Below, piece by piece: positions 1 to 9,081 of a stretch of DNA of 64,000 nucleotides. The first letter of the stretch is position 1; every line of letters starts with the position of its first letter. Under the pieces are notes generated by a model that worked only from the letters and a program-made list of their open reading frames with translations, did not search any database and was not told where the DNA came from. A program made the translations under genes and the position numbers. The stretch is from Escherichia phage U1G, in the sequence record NC_070872.1; one strand, written 5' to 3'.

Positions 1-112
1 GGCTGGGGCTACACCCTTACACTCAACCATCCCCCCGGTATGTTGACGGTGTAGCCACTACCCTACCCCACCTTAGTGTGCTCTGCACACTAGCCTTCGG
101 CTTACACGTTAC

Positions 113-127
113 ACATGCTCCGCATGT
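113..127 (+). promoter_or_regulatory. Hairpin acatgc-TCC-gcatgt; candidate N4-type virion-RNAP early promoter
   Basis: 6-bp stem, 3-nt loop (GGA on template strand), followed by tTATGG; same architecture recurs at 949, 1210 and 4980. Confidence 0.4.
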
Positions 128-169
128 TATGGACATGTCGTCCTATCATCAACTATTGGAGCTATCATC

Positions 170-493
170 ATGACTACTACCGCTACTGTACGTATGACCG
201 CAGGAACTTTACTTGGTACTGTTAACTCAGCTGCTACTACTGTTGCAGATACATTCGGTACAGCAACTAAAGCAGTAGGTATGCTTAATTCATATGTAAG
301 TACTATGGCAGAGAAACAAGCCATTCGTACTAAATTAGAAATGCATACCTTTGTTAATAAACTGGCAGAGGAAACAGCTATGACTGAGACTCTGCGTAAG
401 AAAAGTATTGAAGAATTCTGCAAGGATTCAGAGAACGCTCGTATCTATAACGCAGAATATTCCAAAGTAATTGACATCCTGACTAAAGACTAA
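170..493 (+). CDS. hypothetical early protein
   Basis: ORF with GGAG 9 nt upstream of ATG; followed by terminator hairpin. Confidence 0.6.
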   Translation: MTTTATVRMTAGTLLGTVNSAATTVADTFGTATKAVGMLNSYVSTMAEKQAIRTKLEMHTFVNKLAEETAMTETLRKKSIEEFCKDSENARIYNAEYSKVIDILTKD

Positions 494-501
494 GTCACAT
501 A

Positions 502-526
502 GGAGACTCTTCGGAGTCTCCTTTTA
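502..526 (+). terminator. rho-independent terminator
   Basis: ggagactc-TTCG-gagtctcc followed by TTTT. Confidence 0.6.
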
Positions 527-583
527 TAAACATTAGATAGTCAATCAAAAGTAGATAACTATCTACTTTAAGGATAGAAAATT

Positions 584-943
584 ATGACTAAATTTCGTTG
601 TATCAAAGGTTCTGCTGCTGTCCCTGTTGGAACAATTATCGTAGGAGAATTGGAAGGAGAACGTATACGTCTTACCGAAGACTCTACTGTCAGAAATGCT
701 GACAACAATCCTTACTTTGTGGAAGGAGAAATGGTTCCACTAACTGGTTATGTATGGGGATGGGAATCCTGTGAGAGAGAACTAGATAGGGAAGAATTGC
801 TTGAACGCTTTGAAGCTGCTGTAGATGCTGTAAGCAATTACCAATCAGACATACTTAACTATGGTGACTCAGACAAATCATTCGATGAAGTTTACTCAGA
901 GTATAAATCTGCTAAGGCAGAATTGCTTAAACGTTTGTCTTAA
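584..943 (+). CDS. hypothetical early protein
   Basis: ORF; co-directional early array. Confidence 0.6.
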   Translation: MTKFRCIKGSAAVPVGTIIVGELEGERIRLTEDSTVRNADNNPYFVEGEMVPLTGYVWGWESCERELDREELLERFEAAVDAVSNYQSDILNYGDSDKSFDEVYSEYKSAKAELLKRLS

Positions 944-948
944 AAACC

Positions 949-963
949 AGAAGCTCCGCTTCT
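949..963 (+). promoter_or_regulatory. Hairpin agaagc-TCC-gcttct; candidate N4-type virion-RNAP early promoter
   Basis: Template strand reads AGAAGCGGAGCTTCT; preceded by TAAAAACCAG and followed by ATTGG; predicted +1 near 967 (GGAU). Confidence 0.45.
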
Positions 964-996
964 ATTGGATATCATTTAACTATTGGAGATTAAACT

Positions 997-1203
997 ATGT
1001 ATATTCATACTTCCCTGTTTGCAAACAAGAGTAACAATGGTGGATTGCTAGGTAAGATTGATGCTCAGTGGAATCTTTGGTTCTCAGAGATTACTAACGT
1101 AACCGATAGACAGCACTATGTTGCTTGTCATTCATTCCCTGCTAAGCCTACCAAGAAACAAATCCGTAAACTACGTAGAGAGTTTCGCAAAGAAGCTAAT
1201 TAA
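997..1203 (+). CDS. hypothetical early protein
   Basis: ORF with GGAG upstream. Confidence 0.55.
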   Translation: MYIHTSLFANKSNNGGLLGKIDAQWNLWFSEITNVTDRQHYVACHSFPAKPTKKQIRKLRREFRKEAN

Positions 1204-1209
1204 AACCAG

Positions 1210-1224
1210 GGCTGCTCCGCAGCC
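1210..1224 (+). promoter_or_regulatory. Hairpin ggctgc-TCC-gcagcc; candidate N4-type virion-RNAP early promoter
   Basis: Preceded by TAAAACCAG, followed by TTTGGATG; template reads CATCCAAAGGCTGCGGAGCAGCC; predicted +1 near 1228. Confidence 0.45.
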
Positions 1225-1329
1225 TTTGGATGATTTATGCATCCACTAATCATTGAAATCTTAAGTCTTTTCTTGGGTTTAGTCACCGACGAGTTCACCC
1301 GTAAATCACATAAATCTGGAGAGTACAAA

Positions 1330-1713
1330 ATGTCTATTCAAAAATTCACTTTCGGTCAATCTAACGCTGCTACTACTTCTACTGCTAAAACTGATAAGCC
1401 TAAAGCTCAGTTCTGGCTGAACATTGGTTATGTAGCTAATGAAGGCTCTGATGATGAGAAATTCATCTCACTGCCTACTGGTATTCCACTGGATACTCAG
1501 GAACCGCTGCCTACTAATAGCAGCAATGCTGACTTCCGTGCTATGCGTTGTGCACAGAATGACTTGTTGGAACAGTTAATCGAATATGCTCAGAACCTGG
1601 AACCAGGTGAAGAAGGTATCATTAACCTGCAAGTTCAACTTCGTCGTGTGAAAGCAGAGGCTGCTGACATCCCAGCAGACGAGAATAAATATGCTCGTAA
1701 ACTGACTTTCTAA
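1330..1713 (+). CDS. hypothetical early protein (alternative start at 1237)
   Basis: ATG at 1330 has GGAG 7 nt upstream; ATG at 1237 has no SD. Confidence 0.55.
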   Translation: MSIQKFTFGQSNAATTSTAKTDKPKAQFWLNIGYVANEGSDDEKFISLPTGIPLDTQEPLPTNSSNADFRAMRCAQNDLLEQLIEYAQNLEPGEEGIINLQVQLRRVKAEAADIPADENKYARKLTF

Positions 1714-1722
1714 TCAACCACT

Positions 1723-1750
1723 AGACTCCCTTCGGGGAGTCTTTTATTTT
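1723..1750 (+). terminator. rho-independent terminator
   Basis: agactccc-TTCG-gggagtct followed by TTTTATTTTT. Confidence 0.6.
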
Positions 1751-1856
1751 TAACTAGACGATAAGCTATTTCTACTTTTTGAGTATCTTTAGGCGAAGGG
1801 TACTGAAACAGTAACCAGATAGATATAGATTTATATTAGAAGAGGATATGTACTAA

Positions 1857-2156
1857 ATGAGAGCATTTACTGAAGAAGAAGTAAGGAACAAATTCCTGCT
1901 TAATGCTAAAGAAATTGTACGTTACTGGGCAAATACTCCTGATGGTGGTGATACTGCTGAACGCATTGAGGGAGCTATATTCAGCTTACTTAACGTGATT
2001 GATGGTGGTAGTCAATTACCTGCATTTGACCTAGTAGTTAAACCACATCCTGATGACAAAGCTTACTTTGAAGAACTAGGCGAGCCATACTATGAAGATG
2101 GTATGAATATCTGTGATGGTGAATTACATTCTCAATTCATTAACTTTAAGGACTAA
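1857..2156 (+). CDS. hypothetical protein
   Basis: ORF. Confidence 0.55.
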   Translation: MRAFTEEEVRNKFLLNAKEIVRYWANTPDGGDTAERIEGAIFSLLNVIDGGSQLPAFDLVVKPHPDDKAYFEELGEPYYEDGMNICDGELHSQFINFKD

Positions 2157-2158
2157 CT

Positions 2159-2377
2159 ATGCTGGACTTCGTTGCGTTTGTAATACTCTGTTATGTGCTG
2201 TATCGCCTACGTGGTTACATTCTCAATGGAGCCAAGTGGGTAAGAACTAAGCTGGTACTTATCTGTAAGTTACCAGTTGTATTCGTTAAGTGTCTGTTTG
2301 CTTCCATCGTAGCTAAAGAGGTACGTAAGCAACTCTGGGCTAGAGAAGCAGAAGAGTTTGCAAAGAGGAACCAGTGA
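2159..2377 (+). CDS. hypothetical small hydrophobic protein
   Basis: ORF with hydrophobic N-terminal half. Confidence 0.45.
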   Translation: MLDFVAFVILCYVLYRLRGYILNGAKWVRTKLVLICKLPVVFVKCLFASIVAKEVRKQLWAREAEEFAKRNQ

Positions 2378-2570
2378 TATTCACTAACATAGAAGATGCC
2401 ATTGAAGAATGTATCTTTCGTAGATATCACACTGGTGTACAAAAACGACACTATGGTGTTGTACAACTCAATGGCTATCAAATGATTGTAAGAATTGTAC
2501 GTAACAATAAACCTTTTAACTTTATGTGGAGTACCAAACATGCGTAAGTCATTAATCATGGGAACCAAAT

Positions 2571-3044
2571 ATGGACTGGCATGAACTCTTCTCCTACCGT
2601 GAAGGCAAACTCTACTGGAAGGTTAGTAGTGGCAGAGCTAAAAGTGGGGATATTGCTGGAAGTTTCGACACGTACAGTGGATATGTATATGTCCAAGTAA
2701 AATACCGACATCTTAAGGCAGCTACTATAATCTGGGAAATGCACAACGGTAAATTGCCTGACGGTTATATGGTTGACCATATCAATCACATACGAACAGA
2801 TGACCGTTTAGAAAACCTAAGGGCAGTATCTTCCCAAGATAACAATCGTAATAGAAGTAGAGCTTCTAATAATACGTCAGGTGCAACGGGAGTAAGATAT
2901 GAAGCTGGTAAATGGAGAGTTCGTATAAAGATTAATGGTAAGCTAAAGCATTTAGGTAGATTCAACACTTTCGAAGAAGCTGTAGAAGCTAGAGAGTTAG
3001 CTAACAATGAATATGGTTTCCACTCTAATCATGGTAAGGATTAA
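2571..3044 (+). CDS. HNH homing endonuclease with AP2-like DNA-binding domain
   Basis: GKLYWK...DGYMVDHINHIRTDDRLENLR HNH core, then GVRYEAGKWRVRIKINGKLKHLGRFNTFEEA; paralogous to ORFs at 22280 and 29796. Confidence 0.8.
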   Translation: MDWHELFSYREGKLYWKVSSGRAKSGDIAGSFDTYSGYVYVQVKYRHLKAATIIWEMHNGKLPDGYMVDHINHIRTDDRLENLRAVSSQDNNRNRSRASNNTSGATGVRYEAGKWRVRIKINGKLKHLGRFNTFEEAVEARELANNEYGFHSNHGKD

Positions 3045-3238
3045 TATAATGCGTAAATCACTTATTTTAGGTAATAAATCTGACGTACAGAAGATGAAGG
3101 AACGTCTGGCTACTAAGCAACAGACATCTGAACCAGTACGTAAGATTGTTACCTTCAATCATCCTGATGCATACAAATGAACTGGCCTATCTCAATAACC
3201 ATGCTTGCACTGTTAACCTACGGTGCATTAGTAGAATT

Positions 3239-3270
3239 AGGAGTCCTCCAATAGGAGGCTCCTATTTTTT
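3239..3270 (+). terminator. putative rho-independent terminator
   Basis: aggagtcctcc/ggaggctcct imperfect hairpin followed by ATTTTTT. Confidence 0.5.
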
Positions 3271-3313
3271 ATTCTTGAATAGTTAGATATGTATTTAAAT
3301 AGGAGAAATAACC

Positions 3314-3622
3314 TTGAATGAAATAGTATGTATACTTCCTCACCAAGCTAAAGTAGCTGACAGGAATATACGGGTACATTTACCATTCCCATTAAGTAAT
3401 CCATTTGCTCGTAATGAAAGAACCACGGTAGAAGATATAGAGGTAGCTTATGAGGCTTACCTTCGTAATCGTCTTATTAGTGGTGACAAGTTAATTACAG
3501 CAGAGATGGAAAGGATTGCATCCTTTGTAACAGATAGTACAGGTAAACCCGTTGGTTTAATTGGTACTGAATCTGATGTTAACGTTATTCGTAAAATACT
3601 AATGGAGGCATTAAGCCAATGA
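3314..3622 (+). CDS. hypothetical protein (TTG start)
   Basis: ORF; AGGAG 8 nt upstream of TTG. Confidence 0.5.
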   Translation: MNEIVCILPHQAKVADRNIRVHLPFPLSNPFARNERTTVEDIEVAYEAYLRNRLISGDKLITAEMERIASFVTDSTGKPVGLIGTESDVNVIRKILMEALSQ

Positions 3623-3840
3623 TGTACACTAGCGATTATGGTATATGCCCAGTCTGTAAGAAAGGACGTGGAGTTGCCAATCATAAACGTTGTAGTCGTA
3701 TATTGCAGAAGCAACGGAACCAGGAAGAATGGGATAAGTTGTTAAATAATCAGCACAAGGAAGAGAATCAACAGATGGCTGTTAAGGCATCTACTCAGCG
3801 TATTCGTCGTATTAACTATATACAAGGATACCAAAAGTGA
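3619..3840 (+). CDS. hypothetical protein, Cys-rich N-terminus
   Basis: ORF; 4-nt overlap with upstream gene. Confidence 0.5.
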   Translation: MMYTSDYGICPVCKKGRGVANHKRCSRILQKQRNQEEWDKLLNNQHKEENQQMAVKASTQRIRRINYIQGYQK

Positions 3841-4094
3841 TTATTACATTTCCCGTAACTAAATCATTTAACTATATGGGACAAACTATTGAAGTCCCAT
3901 TATGGGTTAAATATGTAGCCTTATTACCTCGTCCTCAGAAGAGTAAGAATGCATCACTAATTGGATTTAGTAGAAAGCCTAAGCTAACTGAAAACTGTAT
4001 TTGGAAGTCTAGTGGCAGACAAGAGGAAATTGGTTTTTGTGACTATGTACCTCAACTAAATACAGTATATCTAACCCTGGAGAAAGTAGAGTGA
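3837..4094 (+). CDS. hypothetical protein
   Basis: ORF; 4-nt overlap coupling. Confidence 0.5.
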   Translation: MIITFPVTKSFNYMGQTIEVPLWVKYVALLPRPQKSKNASLIGFSRKPKLTENCIWKSSGRQEEIGFCDYVPQLNTVYLTLEKVE

Positions 4095-4411
4095 ATAACA
4101 TTGTAGTAGTACATGATTCTACATTTACTGATGTAGATAAGATGATGCGTAATATTGATTATGTATCTCAAACAAGCCAAGCATTCAATGAAGAGTTTAC
4201 TCTGTACTGCAATGCTGAATCTCCACTGGTTCCTATCCTTAAGAAGGCAGGTTTACCATTCTCTACAGAGGACTTCCCGGAAGAACCAGACTATGTAATC
4301 TCATTTATTTATGACTTACATGATGGTTCTGAAACTAGTGAATTAGCTATGAACCAGTGGCGTAGTAAACGTCCTGTGTTCCCTTTTCAGGTACTTAAAC
4401 CAAAGGATTAA
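4091..4411 (+). CDS. hypothetical protein
   Basis: ORF; 4-nt overlap coupling. Confidence 0.5.
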   Translation: MNNIVVVHDSTFTDVDKMMRNIDYVSQTSQAFNEEFTLYCNAESPLVPILKKAGLPFSTEDFPEEPDYVISFIYDLHDGSETSELAMNQWRSKRPVFPFQVLKPKD

Positions 4412-4413
4412 TA

Positions 4414-4596
4414 ATGAGCCAACAATGCAAATGTGGCAAAGGCCATGTATCTCAATGGGATAATAAATGTGGTCATTGCCGAACCAAGAAAGAACAGCGT
4501 GAACATGAGCAAGCTCTTGACTGTGTTTATGAGGTTAAGCCTGAATCACAGGAAGACGCTATTAAATTCTATAAAGAAGTAAGGGGATTAGTGTGA
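4414..4596 (+). CDS. hypothetical Cys-rich (zinc-ribbon-like) protein
   Basis: CKCGKG...CGHC pattern. Confidence 0.45.
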   Translation: MSQQCKCGKGHVSQWDNKCGHCRTKKEQREHEQALDCVYEVKPESQEDAIKFYKEVRGLV

Positions 4597-4973
4597 AAGA
4601 GATCTTTGTATTCGGAAGTAATTTAGCAGGCCGTCATGGTGCTGGTGCAGCGAAAGTTGCATATAAGAAGCACGGTGCTCGTTGGGGCATGGGTGCTGGT
4701 CACTATGGTTGCAGTTATGCAATACCCACCAAAGACCAGAACATTAAAACAATGCCCTTAGAGGCTATTGATATGTTCGTAAAAGTGTTTTTGGGATATG
4801 CAGCAGCACACCCAGAGTGGGACTTTAAAGTAACACGCATTGGTTGTGGGTTAGCTGGATATAAGGATGAGGACATTGCTCCTATGTTTGCTAATGCTAC
4901 AGGCAATGTCATGTTTGACAAAGCCTGGAAGCCCATTCTGGGAGATGACTATATCTACTGGGGAACCTTTTAG
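4593..4973 (+). CDS. hypothetical protein with Gly-rich motif (GTG start)
   Basis: FVFGSNLAGRHGAGAAKVA...GMGAGHYG; AAGGGG upstream of GTG. Confidence 0.5.
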   Translation: MKEIFVFGSNLAGRHGAGAAKVAYKKHGARWGMGAGHYGCSYAIPTKDQNIKTMPLEAIDMFVKVFLGYAAAHPEWDFKVTRIGCGLAGYKDEDIAPMFANATGNVMFDKAWKPILGDDYIYWGTF

Positions 4974-4979
4974 GTAATA

Positions 4980-4994
4980 GCTGCTCCGCAGCTT
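4980..4994 (+). promoter_or_regulatory. Hairpin agctgc-TCC-gcagct; candidate N4-type virion-RNAP early promoter
   Basis: Same stem-TCC-stem plus TTTGG architecture as 949 and 1210; lies just upstream of the RNAP II genes. Confidence 0.4.
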
Positions 4995-5026
4995 TTGGTT
5001 ATTAATCACATTTAGGAGAATAAGCG

Positions 5027-5845
5027 ATGTACTCATCCATTGAACATCAGAAGCAACTCGAAAAACTATTCAATAAAAATCAGCTCTTGCCTCGCATGAG
5101 GAAGGAATTCGAGGACTCCAAAGAAATTGACTTTAAGGCATTCGCTGCCTATTTGGAAATTGATTATAAGCTGCTCATTGATGCAATGGTGCAGATTGCC
5201 CTACATAAACGTGCTGACATCCAAACTATGATTGGCTCTCTTATGAGCCATTCAGATGATGCTCAGTACATTGCTGACTGTCTGTATAAGATGGCAGAGA
5301 ATGACTGCTTCAACTATGACCCTACCATCGACAAGTTCGGTGTTATCTATGAGATTAGTGAAGATGTTCAGATGGAACTAGAAGCATTCCAGTATCCATT
5401 ACCTATCGTAAGTGCTCCTAAGCCTGTTCTGTGTAACCGTGATACAGGTTACTACGAGAGCAGGGGAAGTATCATCCTCAAGAAGAACCATCATGAGATG
5501 GATGTCTGTCTTGATCATATCAACCGCATGAATAATCAACGTCTAAGCATTAACTGGGACGTTGCTAATTATGTAAAAGACTCTCGTCCTAATATGGATA
5601 AACCCAAAGAGGGTGAAACCCGTCAGGACTATGAGAAACGAGTTAAAGCCTTTGAGAAGTACAGCCGTACTGCTAAGGAAGTAATGGAGTTAGTGACCCA
5701 AGAAGGTAATAACTTCTCACTAGCACATCGTTACGATAAGAGGGGCAGAACCTATGCCTGTGGCTACCATATTAACTATGCAGGTACTTCGTGGAATAAG
5801 GCAGTAGTAGAGTTTGCTGATAAGGAGTTAGTAAATGAAGACTAA
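5027..5845 (+). CDS. phage RNA polymerase II small subunit (N4 gp15-like)
   Basis: 272 aa, directly upstream of the T7-like catalytic subunit; size matches the N4 RNAP II p4 subunit as recalled. Confidence 0.55.
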   Translation: MYSSIEHQKQLEKLFNKNQLLPRMRKEFEDSKEIDFKAFAAYLEIDYKLLIDAMVQIALHKRADIQTMIGSLMSHSDDAQYIADCLYKMAENDCFNYDPTIDKFGVIYEISEDVQMELEAFQYPLPIVSAPKPVLCNRDTGYYESRGSIILKKNHHEMDVCLDHINRMNNQRLSINWDVANYVKDSRPNMDKPKEGETRQDYEKRVKAFEKYSRTAKEVMELVTQEGNNFSLAHRYDKRGRTYACGYHINYAGTSWNKAVVEFADKELVNED

Positions 5846-6042
5846 CATTGGGTCATACGAATTATGGGTAAACTTTCAATGTGTTTACTCTGGTTCACTT
5901 GATAAGTGCTTAGCCCTACAAAGACTTTATCTCATAGAATTACCTAAAGCTAAGTGCTGTATATACAAACTGACTGCTGACTTAGTAACTATCTAATAAT
6001 CCACAATGCGAGCCAAGAGGCTCAGATGCTAAGGAATATAAA

Positions 6043-7260
6043 ATGCAACTGTTAACCGCTAAACAATATCTGAAAGTAGACATTGCCAATTCTTATGGCT
6101 TAGATAAAAAGACATGGGATGAGCGTATCTCTTGGTTCGATGAGAACGAAGCTAACCTGCTTAATCTGGTAGATGAAGCTGAAGATTCTGCACTGTTCTT
6201 TGCTGGTGTAAACGCATGGAAAGATATGAAAGCTGGTAAGCCTATTGGTTATGCCGTAGCACTGGATGCTACATCATCAGGCTTACAGTTACTGGCTTGT
6301 CTGACTGGTGACCGTTCTGCTGCTGAATTGTGTAACGTAGTTAATTACATGGGAGAGAATGGTAAGCCATTACGTCGTGATGCTTATACAGTTATCTATC
6401 ACAAGATGCTGGACATCCTTGGTGAAGCATCTCGTATTAAACGTAGTGACACTAAACAGGCAGTTATGACTGCGTTCTATGGTTCAGAAGCTAAGCCTAA
6501 AGAAGTATTCGGTGAAGGTATTCGTCTCAAGACTTTTGAGAATGTAATGGAAACTGTTGCTAGTGGTCCTTGGGCACTTAACAAGTTCTTACTGCAATGT
6601 GGTAACCCGGATGCTAACCGTTACGTATGGATACTGCCTGACAACTACCATGCTGTCATTAAGGTAATGGTTCCTGAAGTTCAGACTGTTAACTTCTTAG
6701 GTAAACCATTCGACATCACTCGTATGGTTCAGGGTACTGAAGAGAAGACTCGTATGCTCTCTGCTAACATCACCCACTCTATTGATGGAATGGTGGTACG
6801 TGAGATGCTACGTCGTTGTAACTTCGATATGAACCAGGTGAACTATATTAAGTCCCTCTGTGAAGGAACTGGTGACTACATGGTAGGTTCTGATGATAAC
6901 TATGAAATGGTTAATACACTGTGGACTAGTTATGAGAAGTCAGGATTCCTGTCTACTCGTATCTTTGATTATCTGGACTCAGAAACAATTGCATTGGTTG
7001 ATACAGATGTAATCATGGCTATGCTCAATACCCTGCCTAAGAAACCATTCCCTGTAATGACTGTACATGACTGCTTCCGTTGTCATCCTAACTACGGTAA
7101 TGACTTACGTCGTCAGTACAATCAGATTCTGTCTGACATTGCTAAGAGTGACCTACTGGGCTTCATCCTGTCTCAGGTACTGGGACAAGAGTTCTCTGCT
7201 GGTAAGCTGGATGACAGCCTCTGGCAAGACATCCTTGAAACAGACTATGCATTAAGTTAG
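6043..7260 (+). CDS. phage RNA polymerase II catalytic subunit, T7-like (N4 gp16-like)
   Basis: LDATSSGLQLLACLTGD (motif A), KQAVMTAFYGS (motif B), VHDCF (motif C). Confidence 0.8.
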   Translation: MQLLTAKQYLKVDIANSYGLDKKTWDERISWFDENEANLLNLVDEAEDSALFFAGVNAWKDMKAGKPIGYAVALDATSSGLQLLACLTGDRSAAELCNVVNYMGENGKPLRRDAYTVIYHKMLDILGEASRIKRSDTKQAVMTAFYGSEAKPKEVFGEGIRLKTFENVMETVASGPWALNKFLLQCGNPDANRYVWILPDNYHAVIKVMVPEVQTVNFLGKPFDITRMVQGTEEKTRMLSANITHSIDGMVVREMLRRCNFDMNQVNYIKSLCEGTGDYMVGSDDNYEMVNTLWTSYEKSGFLSTRIFDYLDSETIALVDTDVIMAMLNTLPKKPFPVMTVHDCFRCHPNYGNDLRRQYNQILSDIAKSDLLGFILSQVLGQEFSAGKLDDSLWQDILETDYALS

Positions 7261-7268
7261 TAAACTAG

Positions 7269-7300
7269 CCTCATTCCTTCGGGAGTGAGGCATATTTTTT
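7269..7300 (+). terminator. rho-independent terminator
   Basis: cctcattcc-TTCG-ggagtgagg followed by TTTTTT. Confidence 0.55.
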
Positions 7301-7317
7301 GCTTGGAGGTAACAACT

Positions 7318-7500
7318 ATGCTAATCCCCTTTGAAGTAATCTTTCAGCTAATACTGATAGTTTTATCTGTACTGGTTCTGTCTACAATAGTTCATGCTCA
7401 CAAGTCTAAGTTTGCTTATTACTACTATGGAGCATACTCACTAGGCTGCTTTGTAATAGCAGGATGGATAGCTTTTGCTATCTACTGTATAAACAACTAA
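7318..7500 (+). CDS. small membrane protein
   Basis: GGAGG upstream of ATG; two hydrophobic helices. Confidence 0.5.
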   Translation: MLIPFEVIFQLILIVLSVLVLSTIVHAHKSKFAYYYYGAYSLGCFVIAGWIAFAIYCINN

Positions 7501-7527
7501 CCCACCACTAGGTGGGTTTATTTTTTC
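7501..7527 (+). terminator. rho-independent terminator
   Basis: cccacc-ACTA-ggtggg followed by TTTATTTTTT. Confidence 0.6.
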
Positions 7528-7574
7528 ACATGTCATGTATACTAATCCTGCTATTTACTTATGAGGAAATTCAT

Positions 7575-8408
7575 ATGCCAACTTTAAAAGTAGGTTTTAA
7601 CAAAACCACCAATGTCGCAACTGTACTGGATGCGAGTGGTTCTATCCCGGGTGATTCAGTAGAAGTAGGTACTTTTGTACATCCAGATGCTACCTACCCG
7701 GATAGCTTAGTTATATTTCACGGTGTTCGTGACCTGCTGTATAAACGTTCTGCCAAAGACCCTAGTAAAGTAGGTTTCTGGCCTAACAACATTGTGGATA
7801 TGCAATCTATCTCTATTGATATGAAAGCTACTCCACGACTGACTGTTGCTACTAAACTGCCTCGTGTAGTCTCCGCTATCGAAGGCGAAGATATTAACTG
7901 GCATGTTGATGTAGCAGGTGGTAAAGCACCTTTTACTTATAAATGGCAATTCAAAGCAGATACCGCTGGTGCAGCATTCACTGATATTGATTCTGGTGAT
8001 AACGCATCTGCTGTTACTGCAACACTGACTCTTAATGACGTAACCGCTGCTTCTGCTGGTACTTATAAAGTGATTGTTACTGATGCTAATGGAACCACTG
8101 TAGAAGATGAGTCGCTGCTGGCTGTAGGTTATTACGAAGCAAGCTCACTGGTGGCTACTCCTGATTCACTGGCTCTGTCTGTTGCTGCTGATACTGCTGC
8201 CGGTAAGACTGTAACCATTACTAACATGCCTGTTGGTTCATCTGCTGGTACTTTGTCTATTAAGACTGCTCCAGATTCTGCCCGTGCTACAGCTACCATT
8301 GCTGGTAACGTACTAACAGTTAAACCTGCAGCTGCTGGTGAAGCTACTTCTGTAGTAGTTACCAACGGTAAGGTCGATGTAACCATCGCTATTACTGTTG
8401 CAGAATAA
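7575..8408 (+). CDS. Ig-like domain protein, probable capsid decoration protein (N4 gp17-like)
   Basis: Ig-like signature APFTYKWQFKADTAG...SAGTYKVIVTDANG; located right after RNAP II as in N4; GAGGAA upstream of ATG 7575 (longest ORF starts 7512). Confidence 0.55.
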   Translation: MPTLKVGFNKTTNVATVLDASGSIPGDSVEVGTFVHPDATYPDSLVIFHGVRDLLYKRSAKDPSKVGFWPNNIVDMQSISIDMKATPRLTVATKLPRVVSAIEGEDINWHVDVAGGKAPFTYKWQFKADTAGAAFTDIDSGDNASAVTATLTLNDVTAASAGTYKVIVTDANGTTVEDESLLAVGYYEASSLVATPDSLALSVAADTAAGKTVTITNMPVGSSAGTLSIKTAPDSARATATIAGNVLTVKPAAAGEATSVVVTNGKVDVTIAITVAE

Positions 8409-8429
8409 GAGTAGCCTTTATTTGGTTAT

Positions 8430-8455
8430 AGCCCTCCTTGTGAGGGCTTTCTTGT
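8430..8455 (+). terminator. putative terminator
   Basis: agccctc-CTTG-tgagggct followed by TTCTTG. Confidence 0.4.
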
Positions 8456-8473
8456 ATTTATAGGAGAGTAAAA

Positions 8474-8788
8474 ATGACGCAAAAATTACGTGTATGGCAC
8501 ATTCCTCAAGTGCCAATGAAGGCATTTCATGTAGAAACAGACAGTCTTCAGGAAGCTGTTAAGATTAAGAATGCATTAGCAGACTATGACCTATTTCAGT
8601 ATGAGAACAATGTCAAAGGCGATTATGCTAATGCTAACGGTATTGAGATGTGGGATGAGTCCCTCACTGACCAAGACCTAGTCGATATGGAACTAGAAGA
8701 CCGTTGGGTTGACTGGTTCTATGAAGATGGTAATGAATACTTCGATGACCCAGAAGAATATCTGGATTGGCTTGCTACGCAATCCTGA
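8474..8788 (+). CDS. hypothetical acidic protein
   Basis: ORF. Confidence 0.55.
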   Translation: MTQKLRVWHIPQVPMKAFHVETDSLQEAVKIKNALADYDLFQYENNVKGDYANANGIEMWDESLTDQDLVDMELEDRWVDWFYEDGNEYFDDPEEYLDWLATQS

Positions 8789-8837
8789 TTGCTTTATTTG
8801 GGTTAATAAAACCCATGACATTCCTTTGATATCTATT

Positions 8838-8867
8838 GACCTCCCTATTGAAGGGAGGTCTTTTTTT
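8838..8867 (+). terminator. rho-independent terminator
   Basis: gacctccct-ATTGA-agggaggtc followed by TTTTTTT. Confidence 0.6.
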
Positions 8868-8892
8868 GACTTAAACATTCTGGAGCCAGGAA

Positions 8893-9081
8893 ATGTATAA
8901 AGAGATTGCATTCTTCTCATTCTTACTGGGTGGTTTGATAGGTGCAGGATTTGTAGCTATTTCGAATACCTACTTTGGTTCTACTCCAAATTCTGTAACA
9001 CAAACCCTCAAGCATGAATGTGAATTGAATATCCCTCGTAATCAAAACTGTGTAATGCAGTTCGTACCGGAGAAGAAATGA
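8893..9081 (+). CDS. small membrane protein
   Basis: ORF; hydrophobic N-terminus. Confidence 0.45.
   Translation: MYKEIAFFSFLLGGLIGAGFVAISNTYFGSTPNSVTQTLKHECELNIPRNQNCVMQFVPEKK

Noticed and set aside
76-105. Hairpins tagtgtgc-TCT-gcacacta (76-94) and agcc-TTCG-ggct (91-105) as a further early promoter
   Set aside because: Loop and flanks differ from the four GC-TCC-GC hairpins; more likely a terminator or other structure from upstream transcription.
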